Under the pieces are notes generated by a model that was not told the DNA's origin, ran no database searches, and saw only the letters and a program-made list of their open reading frames with translations. DNA of 64,000 nt, taken from Thermoanaerobaculia bacterium (GTDB lineage: Bacteria; Acidobacteriota; Thermoanaerobaculia; UBA5066; Gp7-AA6). The translations under genes and the position numbers were made by a program. Shown piece after piece: positions 45,836 to 54,212 of this stretch. Positions within the stretch are counted from its first letter, which is position 1; each line of letters opens with the position of its first letter. The stretch lies in NCBI GenBank assembly GCA_035506175.1, contig DATJPZ010000123.1:6980-70979 (forward strand). The letters run 5' to 3'.

Positions 45836-48436
45836 ATGTCGGGTCAGCCACCCAATCCGGAGCTCGACGAGGCCCTGCTCGAGCTGCAGCAATACCTGTC
45901 CGACTCGCTCCCGCCGCTCGTGGTCGCCGACTCTGTCCAGCTGCTCATGAAATATCCGCCGGACGTCGTCGCCAACGCGATTCGGGCGTGGACGGGCGCG
46001 CAGTACCGCCGGGGCGCGGCCGAGGCGGTTCCGGTCTCGGACTACCTGTACCACACGCTCAAGAAGATCCACATGATGGCCGAGTTCAAGCTCGTGCCGC
46101 GCGAGCCCCTCGAGGTCTATCTCGCAGGCCTCCGGCCGCTGATCGTCGCGCTGTGCCCGGCCGAGGACCGGGCGATGCTCGTCGAGAACCTCGGCCGGCT
46201 CGGGGAAGCGCCGGCCTCGTCATCGATCTCGCAGGCGCAGACGATCTTCCGGCAGGCACCGGCGCCGGGTTCCGCCCCCCGGGCGACCGCGTCGGGAGGC
46301 GGAAGCGCGGGCGGCGGCGCGGCGGCATCGGGAGGCGGGAGCGCGGGCGCTGCTGCCGGCGCCGGTCCCTCCGAGGCGGCGGTGCGGGGCCTGCACCGCT
46401 TCTCGCTGCTGCTCGAGCGGCTCGACGCGCAAGGGGGGCTCGCGCCCCTGCAAGCCGGTGCGGCCGGAATTGCCGCGCCCGGTCCGGGAAACGCCGTGGC
46501 GATTCCCGCCGGCGCCGGGGAGGCGCTCGCGTTCGCGGCGCGCAGCTCGCAGACGGGCCAGGAGCTCGACGCGTATCTCGCGCGCCTTCGCGAGATGGGC
46601 GTCGAGGCCGGGACCGACAGCGTGTTCCGCGCCCTCTCCCAGTCCCTTCCCGGATGGGTCGTGCCGGCGCTGCCGGCGGCGGCCGGCGCCGCGGCCCCCG
46701 AGTCGGGCGCGCTCGGCGCGATGCGTCGGATCATCACCGACAGCGAGGATCCGGTCGAGACGGGCAAACGGTTCCAGGAGATGGTCCGCGCCGGGATCGA
46801 GCGCTTCAACGAGGGCTCGCTTCCGCAGTCGGTCGCGATGCTCGAGCTCGCCGAGAAGCTGACCTCGGAGAAACGGGTGGACGCGGGCACGGTCGAGCTC
46901 GTCCGCCGCCGCCTCGGCGACTCGCTCGACGGCGAGCAGCTGCGCAAGTTCACCGAGAAGCCGGACCAGCACGCGCTCCTCCGGAAGGTGCTGCAGTTCT
47001 TCACGGCGTTCCGGCCGGAGGGTCTCCTCGAGGAGCTGCGCCGCGAGCAGAAGCGCGACCGGCGGCGGCTGATCCTCGCGCTCCTCGAGGCGCACGGCGC
47101 TCCCGCCCGCGCGGCGGCCTACGAAGAGCTCTCCCGGGCTCCGTCGCGGGCCGTCGACGAGGAGGAGTGGTTCTTCCGGCGCAATCTGGTCTACCTCCTG
47201 CGGCGCATCCCGCGCAGCGCCGACGCCACGTTCGAAGACGAGAGCGAGGTGGTCGTCCGCCACGCGCAGCTCGGGCTGCCGCTCCTGCTCGTCAAGGAGG
47301 CGATCGCGACGCTCGCGCAGTACAAGGACGAGCGCGCCGAGCAGGGTCTGACGCAGCTTCTCTTCGAGCTCGAAGGGATGCTCGGCGAGAAGCCCGGCGA
47401 GACGCTCTACGAGGCCAAGGATCTGCGCGGCCTGCTCGACCGGGTCGCGGCGACGCTCGGCAAATTCCCGGCTCCCCGGGCCCGGAGGGCGCTCATCGAG
47501 CACGCGGGCAAGAAGCAGCCGCCGCTCGGCGACGCGATGGCGCGCATCGCCGAGCTCGGGTCCCAGGACATGTCCGACGACACGGAGACGGTGGACCAGC
47601 TGCTCGAGCTGCTGAAGGCGAACCTGCCGTTCAAGCTCCTCGGCATGACGCTCCGCCAGAACGACCAGAACCTCGTGCGCGTGATCGAGGCGCTCGGCTC
47701 GACCCCGACGCCGGCCGTGCGGCGCCACCTCCAGGAGATTGCCTCGCGCTTCGGCGGCCAGGACGCGGGGCGCGCGGCGCAGAAGGCTCTCGCGGGCTTC
47801 GACAGGCCGAAACCGGAGGCGGCGGGGACGCCCGCCGGAACCGAGCCCGCGGCGACATCCCCAGAGCCCGCCGCGGCGAGCCTCCAGGGCGACCTCGAGG
47901 TGTTCGGCCTCCCGGCTCTCCTCCAGAGCCTCGCGGAATCGTCGGCGTCCGGGTCGCTGACGCTGCGCGGCCCGAAAGGCGGCGACGTGTTCGCGGCGAT
48001 CGCCCTGCGCGACGGCAAGCTCACCGACATCCGGCGCGGCAGGCTTTCGGGCGAGGACGCGTTTTATCAGTTGTTCGAGAGGCCGTTGCCCGGGCAGTTC
48101 GCCTTCGTCAAGGGCGCTCCGGCCGATTCCGGCGCGCCGCCCCGCGAGATCCTGCCGCTGACTCTCGAAGCGATGCGGCGCTACGACGAGCTCCAGGAGG
48201 CCGAGGCCCTCGTGCCCGACGCCGCGCGTTTCGAGAAGACCGAGGTCGCCGCGACGCCGCTGCCGGGCGAGAAGGACGGCAGCTTCCTCCAGGCCGTCTG
48301 GGAGCGCGCGAGCCAGGGCGGGACGGCGCTCGACTGCGAGGCGGCGGTCGCGAGCGACTCCTACCGGATTCGCCGGGCGCTGGCCCACTGGGTGGAGATC
48401 GGCGCCCTCAGGATCCAGGGCAAGAGCGCGGGCTAG
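45836..48436 (+). CDS. Large DUF4388 (PATAN-associated) domain protein with HEAT-like repeats
   Basis: The C-terminal DUF4388 motif reads GDLEVFGLPALLQSLAESSASGSLTLRG...DGKLTDIRRGRLSGEDAFYQLFERPLPGQFAF. The central region is helical-repeat-like. A Gly/Ala/Ser linker lies near 46270-46370. Confidence 0.8.
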   Translation: MSGQPPNPELDEALLELQQYLSDSLPPLVVADSVQLLMKYPPDVVANAIRAWTGAQYRRGAAEAVPVSDYLYHTLKKIHMMAEFKLVPREPLEVYLAGLRPLIVALCPAEDRAMLVENLGRLGEAPASSSISQAQTIFRQAPAPGSAPRATASGGGSAGGGAAASGGGSAGAAAGAGPSEAAVRGLHRFSLLLERLDAQGGLAPLQAGAAGIAAPGPGNAVAIPAGAGEALAFAARSSQTGQELDAYLARLREMGVEAGTDSVFRALSQSLPGWVVPALPAAAGAAAPESGALGAMRRIITDSEDPVETGKRFQEMVRAGIERFNEGSLPQSVAMLELAEKLTSEKRVDAGTVELVRRRLGDSLDGEQLRKFTEKPDQHALLRKVLQFFTAFRPEGLLEELRREQKRDRRRLILALLEAHGAPARAAAYEELSRAPSRAVDEEEWFFRRNLVYLLRRIPRSADATFEDESEVVVRHAQLGLPLLLVKEAIATLAQYKDERAEQGLTQLLFELEGMLGEKPGETLYEAKDLRGLLDRVAATLGKFPAPRARRALIEHAGKKQPPLGDAMARIAELGSQDMSDDTETVDQLLELLKANLPFKLLGMTLRQNDQNLVRVIEALGSTPTPAVRRHLQEIASRFGGQDAGRAAQKALAGFDRPKPEAAGTPAGTEPAATSPEPAAASLQGDLEVFGLPALLQSLAESSASGSLTLRGPKGGDVFAAIALRDGKLTDIRRGRLSGEDAFYQLFERPLPGQFAFVKGAPADSGAPPREILPLTLEAMRRYDELQEAEALVPDAARFEKTEVAATPLPGEKDGSFLQAVWERASQGGTALDCEAAVASDSYRIRRALAHWVEIGALRIQGKSAG

Positions 48437-48464
48437 CCCCGCCTGGCCGGCGCGCGCGGCGGCG

Positions 48465-51400
48465 TCAGCGCCGCAGCCAGAGGTCTTCGTACGGGATGAC
48501 GGCGTTCGACTGTCCGATCGTCGTCAGCCCCTCGACCTCGGGGCGCGCGAAGCAATAGACCTGGTCGTGGAAGAGCGGGACCATGAGCGCGTCCCGCGCG
48601 AGGAGATCCTCGGCCTGCCGGTAGATCGAGTGGCGCACGCGCGGGTCCGTCTCGACGCGGCCGTGTTCGGCGAGGCGGTCGAGCTCGGGCGAGCTCAGAT
48701 AGTTTCGATACGCGCCCGACGCGGAATGCAGGCAGCCGTAGAGGAAGGTGTCCGTGTCCGGGTAGTCCGCCGTCCAACGGCCGACGTCGAGGTCCGCGTC
48801 GCCCGCGTCCGACAGCTTGAGGTACTCGGCCATCGTCCGATTGGCCGGTCGCAGCCGGTAGCCGAGCTCGCGGAACGCGTCGCCGAGCTCGCGGAAGTAG
48901 TTGGAAAACTCGCCGAAGAAGACGGGGTGGACGGCGGCGACGAGGTCGACCGTCTCGCGCGACACCGTCGCTTCGACCGAGCTGTCGGACGTGCCCGAGT
49001 CGCTCGAGGGGCGCGCGCCGGAGGCCGGCCCGGCCGCCGAGTAGCCGAGCAGGCCCGGCGGGATCAGGCCGTGGGCCGGGATCGCGAGCCGCCCGAGCGT
49101 GCGGCGCACCAGGCTGGCCGTGTTCAAGGCTCGCGCGAGCGCGCGCCGCGCCTCGCTGTCGCGGAGCGGCCCGCGCCGGGTGCTGAAGATCACGAAATAC
49201 GTCGTCAGGCGCGGGCTCTCCCGGTAGCCCGAGGCGAATCGCGGGTCGTGCCGGAACGCCTCGGCGTCGGCGGGGAGCAGGTCGCGCGCCATGGACAGCC
49301 GTCCCGCGAGGAACTCGTTGCGGACCTCCTCCGGGGGGATGCCGAAGTGAAACACGATGCCGTCGCCGCGCGGCCGGTCCGCGCGCCAGTAGGTCGGGTT
49401 GCGCTCGAGCTCGAAGCGGCGGCCCGGCTCGAAGCTGACGACCCGGAACGCGCCGGTGCCGACGACGCCCTCGCGGAGGCTCGTCCCGATCGCGCCCGTT
49501 CCTTCGGGGACGACGGCCGTGGCGGCGTAGGAGATCATCGCCGGGAAGAAGGGCACGGGCTTGTCGAGGTCGACGACGAACTCGGTCGGCGACACGATGT
49601 GGAAGCCGGCGAGGTCCGTGCCCTTGCCCTCGAGGAGCCGCCCGGCGCCCTGAATGACGGAGAGCACGTAGCGGCTCTCGCTCTCGCCGCTCAAGAGGAG
49701 CCGCTCCCAGGAGTGGCGCACGTCGCGCGCGGTCAGGCGCCGCCCGTCGTGGAAGCGCACGCCCGACTGCAGGCGGATGCGGAAGCGCGCGCCCTCGTTC
49801 TCCATGCGGACTTCCGAGGCGAGCCAGGGCACGATGCGCGTGCCTTCGACGGCCCACGTCAGGGTTTCGAAGACACTCGGCAGCACGTCGGCCTGTTCGA
49901 CGGTGCTCGTCAGCGCGGGGTCGAGGCTGCGCACGACGCCCTGGATCGGCACGTGGAGGATGCCGCCGCCGGCGGGCCTGTCGGCCGCCTCGCCCGGCGG
50001 CGCGACCTCGGCCTTGCCGAGCTCGTCGTAGTTCACGTACGGCGCGGTCGCGTGGAGCTGGATCCCGCGGACCGCCGGGCTCGCGATGCGATAGCCGACG
50101 TCGTGGAAGAGCGGGACGAGGATCCCCGAGTCGAGCAGGTCATGCTCGATCCGCCGGTAGAGGGCTTCGCGGGCCGGGGCGCGGGGCTCGGCGCGCGCGC
50201 CGTCGAGGAGGCGATCCATTTCGGGGGAGGAGAAGTAGGTGCGCAGCCGGCCGCTCGCGGAGTGGAACAGGTTGTGCGTGAAGTTGTCGGGGTCGTCGTA
50301 GTCCGCGATCCACCGGCCGATCAGGACGTCGACGCCCGAGGCGGCGTTCCACGCGTCGAGGTAGGCGGGCATCGTCGTCGTCGCGACCTCGACCTCCACG
50401 CCGACCTCGGCCCACAGGCGCAGGAGCGCCTGCGTGAGCGCGGCGTACTGGTTCTGCAGGATCGGGTGGACCACGGCGCGCAGGCGCACGGGCCCCTTGA
50501 ATCCCGCCGCCTGGAGCATCTCGAGCGCCTTTTCCCGCGGCAGGTGCGGCTGGCGCCGGCCGGGGTCGTGGCCGAGGATTCCCGGCGGGATGACGCCGGT
50601 CGCCGGGAGGGCGAAGCGTCCGAGCGCGCCCCAGACGAAATCCTGCGTCCGGGCGAGGCCGGCCAGCGCCGTGCGCAGCGCCGCGTTCGAGCCGGCCGCG
50701 CTCGCCTGGTGAAAGACGGCGAAGTAGGCGTTCTTCTTGATCGTTTCGACCAGGCCGCCCCGCAGCCGCGGCTCGCGCAGCAGCGCCTCGAGGTCCTGGG
50801 GCAGCAGGTCGCGCGCGACGTCGAGGCTGCCCGACCGGATCCCCTCGGCGATCTGGGCGGGCGAGAGCGAAGCGCGAAACTCGATGCGGTCGAGCGGCGG
50901 CCCGGGCTGTTTCCAGTGCCGCGGGTTGCGCTCGAGCACGGTCGCCTCCGGCGTGTGGGAGACGACGCGGAACGGCCCCGTGCCGATCGGCGAGCCGTCC
51001 GAACCGGCGCCGCCGGCCGCGATGGCCGTGCGGCCGTCGGTCAGGAGCGACGGGAGAATGGGCACCGGCCGGTCGAGGCGGATGCGAAGCAGGTCCTCGG
51101 CCGCCGCTTCGAGGCCCGCCACGTCCCGGGCGCGGCCCTCGAGGAAATCCGTGACCCCCACGACCGCGGTGAAGGCGGCCGGCAGGACTTCGCGCGAGAG
51201 GCGGATCGAGCGTTCGAGGGCGGCCTTGGCGGCTGCGGCCGTCATCGGGGACCCGTCCGAGAAGGCGACGCCCCGGCGCAGCGAGAGCGCCATGGCGACG
51301 CCGCCGTCCTCCATCGTCCAGCGCTCGCAGAGCCTCCCGGTCAGGTTGCCCTGCGGGTCCACCGTCACGAGCGTCTCGAAGACGTTGGCGAGGACCTCGT

Positions 51401-54212
51401 GCTCCTCGGTCGTGTCGTAAACGGCGGGCTCGGTCGCGGCGACGGGGCTCGGCATCGCGACGACGAGCGTGCCGCCGCGCGGGATCGCGTCCGCGGTCGC
51501 CTTTTCGCGCGGCGTCAGCGCCTCCGCCTCGGCCTGGTAGGCCGTGGCCTTCGCGTGCTCGCCGCGGAGGTTGGCGACGGTCGCGCCGAGCGACAACAGC
51601 TTGGTCAGCGGCTCGGTCTCGCGCGCGGTCCGGGCGGCCTCGATGCCGCGCTCGACCCAGCGGCGGGCGTCGTCGATGCGGCGCGCCTGCCACGCGGCCT
51701 CGGCCGCGAAGAGGATCGCGGCGACGGACCGGTCACGCTTCCGGGCCGCGTCGAACACTTTCGCGGCGGCCTCGGCCTCGCGCAGCGCCCCGTCGACGTT
51801 GCCGGTCATCCGCTGGCCGTGCGCCAGGACGAGGCGCGCCTCGCCTTCGAGGGAGGGCTCGCCGGACCACTCCTCGTCCTCGAGGAACTCGAGCGCGATC
51901 TTCGCCACGCGGGTCGCGTCCTCCGGGTTGAACGTGTCGAGGCTCTTCTGGGCGAGCTTCAACCCGTATTCGACGGTCTTGTCCGGGACGTCGCCCTGCC
52001 AGTAGTGGTGGACGAGCTCGGGATAGACGCGTTCGAGGCGCCCCGCGGCGCGCTTCTCGATCAGCTCGGCGTACTTGCGGTGGAGCGAGCGGCGCCGACG
52101 GCGCGACAGGGCCGCGTACAGGACGTCGCGGACGATGCCGCTCGCGAAGGTCAGCCGGTCGCCGCGCGACTCGCGGTCTTCCTCGAGGATGCCCTCGAGA
52201 ATGAGCCGGTCGATCGAGTCTTCGACGCGCGACGCCTCTTCGGCGAGCGTCTCGAGGTCGCGGGAGTCGAACGTCTTCCCGAGAACCGAGGCGATCGAGA
52301 GCAACTCCCGAAGCTCCTCGGGCAGCCGCTCGATGCGCTTCTCGACCGCCTGCTGGATCGTGGCGGGAAGGGCGTCGGCCGAGATCTCGGCTTCCTTCGA
52401 AAAGCTCCACCCGCCGGTGTCGTCGCGGGCGATTCCCCCCGACTCGACGAGCGACCGGATGAGCTCCTTGGTGAAGAACGGGTTGCCCTCGGTCGCGTCG
52501 CGCAGGCGCTCGGCGAGGTCGTCGGAGACTTTCGGGGCGCCCACGAGCGATTCGACGAGGCTGCGGTGCTCGGACGGCGAGAACGGCGGCAAGGTGAGCG
52601 ACACGAAGCGCGGGTCGTCGACGAACGAGTCGAGGGCCTTCGTCAGCGGGTGGCGCTTGTCCGTCTCGGTCTGGCGGTAGCTGCCCACGATCAGGGTCGG
52701 CGTCGGGCCGAGGCGGCGGACGACGTACTGCAGGGCCTCGATCGAGATCTCCGCGCCGTGCAGGTTCTCGAGGATCAGGACGAGCGGCTTGCCGCCGGCG
52801 ATGCGCGTCAGCGTGCGCGCCAGGAGCTCGAAGATCTGGATACGATCCTCGACCTTCCGCTCGCCGGCCGAGACCGCGATGCGCGAGTCGCCGCCCACGG
52901 CGGAGCGCAGCTCCGAGACTTCGGAGAGCTGCGGAAAGAGTGCGATCAGGTCGGCGGCGAGATCCGAGAAGTCCGGGCGCTCGCCCGGGCCGCCGGCTTC
53001 GCGGGCCCGGAAGTAGTCCTGGATGAGCTCGTAGAAGCCCTGATAAGAGAAGGACCGATCCTGCTCGACGAAGCGGCCGTAGAGCACCCGGATCTTGCGG
53101 GCGATCGCCAGGTTCTTCAGCTCTTCGAGCAGGCGCGTCTTCCCGATGCCGGGCTCGCCCGAGACGACGGCGAACTGGCAGTCGCCGGCGATGGCGGCAT
53201 TCAGACGGCGCTGCAGCTCGGCGAACTCTTTTTCGCGGCCGACGAAGACGGAGAGGGACGGCCGCTGGATGACGCGGCTGGCCGAGAGCACGACCGACAT
53301 CCGGAACTCGTCGGTCGCGAGGCTCGACTTGTGGCGGCGCAGCGCCTCGGAAACCTGGCTCGCCTTCTGCGGCCGCTTGCCCGGGTCCTTCTCGAGGCAC
53401 CGGAGGATGACGTCCTGGAGCTCCTCGCGGATCTCGGCGCCGAGCGCGCGGGGCGGCTGCGGCACCTCGTGGACGATCCGGTAGAGGATCGACTGCACCT
53501 CGCCCGTGAACGGCGGCTCGCCGACGAGGCACTCGTAGAGGACGACGCCGAGCGAGTAGATGTCGGAGCGGCCGTCGAAGGCGCGGGAGGCGACCTGCTC
53601 GGGGGAGAGGTAGGCGACCGTGCCGACGAGCGTCCCGGTCTTCGTCAGGCGCGACTCGGTCGCCGCGTGCGCGAGGCCGAAGTCCATGACCCGGACGCGG
53701 GCGCCGGAGCCTTCCTCGCGCGTGACCATGATGTTGGCGGGCTTGATGTCGCGGTGCACCACGCCGCGCGAGTGGCTGTAGTCGAGGGCGTCGGCGGTCT
53801 GGATTCCGATGTCGACGACCTCGCCGAGGTGGAGCGACTGGTCGCGGATCAGGCGCAGCAGGTTCGTGCCGCTCGCCACCGGCATGACGAAGAAGAGCGA
53901 GCCCTCGTGCCGGCCGAAGTCGTAGATCGGCACGATGGCCGGGTGATCCATCTGCGCGACGAGCTGGGCCTCGCGCTGGAAGCGCTCCTCGATCTCGGAG
54001 GTGAGGTCGGTCGAAGAGATCAGCTTGATCGCGACCTCGCGGTTCAACAGCGGGTCGCGGGCGCGGTAGACGACGCCCATGCCGCCGCGTCCGAGCTCCC
54101 CGAGGATCTCGTAGCGGTTCGCGAGCTTCGTGTTGATCAGGCCGCCGTCTCCGCCAAGGTCGGACCGGAGTGTAGTCGAAATGGCGGAGGTTCTCGCTAT
54201 GATTCCGGCCAT
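48465..54212 (-). CDS. Multidomain Ser/Thr protein kinase - AAA_16/STAND ATPase - TPR - two family-5 solute-binding-protein domains
   Basis: Kinase motifs: GRGGMGVVY, HRDIKPANIMV, DFGLA, GTVAYLSPEQ. P-loop: VVSGEPGIGKTRL. The central region is helical and TPR-like. Two SBP_bac_5 signatures are present: LSLRRGVAFSDGSPMTAAAA and IRLQSGVRFHDGRRLTARDV. I see no hydrophobic transmembrane segment. Confidence 0.9.
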   Translation of the reverse strand: MAGIIARTSAISTTLRSDLGGDGGLINTKLANRYEILGELGRGGMGVVYRARDPLLNREVAIKLISSTDLTSEIEERFQREAQLVAQMDHPAIVPIYDFGRHEGSLFFVMPVASGTNLLRLIRDQSLHLGEVVDIGIQTADALDYSHSRGVVHRDIKPANIMVTREEGSGARVRVMDFGLAHAATESRLTKTGTLVGTVAYLSPEQVASRAFDGRSDIYSLGVVLYECLVGEPPFTGEVQSILYRIVHEVPQPPRALGAEIREELQDVILRCLEKDPGKRPQKASQVSEALRRHKSSLATDEFRMSVVLSASRVIQRPSLSVFVGREKEFAELQRRLNAAIAGDCQFAVVSGEPGIGKTRLLEELKNLAIARKIRVLYGRFVEQDRSFSYQGFYELIQDYFRAREAGGPGERPDFSDLAADLIALFPQLSEVSELRSAVGGDSRIAVSAGERKVEDRIQIFELLARTLTRIAGGKPLVLILENLHGAEISIEALQYVVRRLGPTPTLIVGSYRQTETDKRHPLTKALDSFVDDPRFVSLTLPPFSPSEHRSLVESLVGAPKVSDDLAERLRDATEGNPFFTKELIRSLVESGGIARDDTGGWSFSKEAEISADALPATIQQAVEKRIERLPEELRELLSIASVLGKTFDSRDLETLAEEASRVEDSIDRLILEGILEEDRESRGDRLTFASGIVRDVLYAALSRRRRRSLHRKYAELIEKRAAGRLERVYPELVHHYWQGDVPDKTVEYGLKLAQKSLDTFNPEDATRVAKIALEFLEDEEWSGEPSLEGEARLVLAHGQRMTGNVDGALREAEAAAKVFDAARKRDRSVAAILFAAEAAWQARRIDDARRWVERGIEAARTARETEPLTKLLSLGATVANLRGEHAKATAYQAEAEALTPREKATADAIPRGGTLVVAMPSPVAATEPAVYDTTEEHEVLANVFETLVTVDPQGNLTGRLCERWTMEDGGVAMALSLRRGVAFSDGSPMTAAAAKAALERSIRLSREVLPAAFTAVVGVTDFLEGRARDVAGLEAAAEDLLRIRLDRPVPILPSLLTDGRTAIAAGGAGSDGSPIGTGPFRVVSHTPEATVLERNPRHWKQPGPPLDRIEFRASLSPAQIAEGIRSGSLDVARDLLPQDLEALLREPRLRGGLVETIKKNAYFAVFHQASAAGSNAALRTALAGLARTQDFVWGALGRFALPATGVIPPGILGHDPGRRQPHLPREKALEMLQAAGFKGPVRLRAVVHPILQNQYAALTQALLRLWAEVGVEVEVATTTMPAYLDAWNAASGVDVLIGRWIADYDDPDNFTHNLFHSASGRLRTYFSSPEMDRLLDGARAEPRAPAREALYRRIEHDLLDSGILVPLFHDVGYRIASPAVRGIQLHATAPYVNYDELGKAEVAPPGEAADRPAGGGILHVPIQGVVRSLDPALTSTVEQADVLPSVFETLTWAVEGTRIVPWLASEVRMENEGARFRIRLQSGVRFHDGRRLTARDVRHSWERLLLSGESESRYVLSVIQGAGRLLEGKGTDLAGFHIVSPTEFVVDLDKPVPFFPAMISYAATAVVPEGTGAIGTSLREGVVGTGAFRVVSFEPGRRFELERNPTYWRADRPRGDGIVFHFGIPPEEVRNEFLAGRLSMARDLLPADAEAFRHDPRFASGYRESPRLTTYFVIFSTRRGPLRDSEARRALARALNTASLVRRTLGRLAIPAHGLIPPGLLGYSAAGPASGARPSSDSGTSDSSVEATVSRETVDLVAAVHPVFFGEFSNYFRELGDAFRELGYRLRPANRTMAEYLKLSDAGDADLDVGRWTADYPDTDTFLYGCLHSASGAYRNYLSSPELDRLAEHGRVETDPRVRHSIYRQAEDLLARDALMVPLFHDQVYCFARPEVEGLTTIGQSNAVIPYEDLWLRR

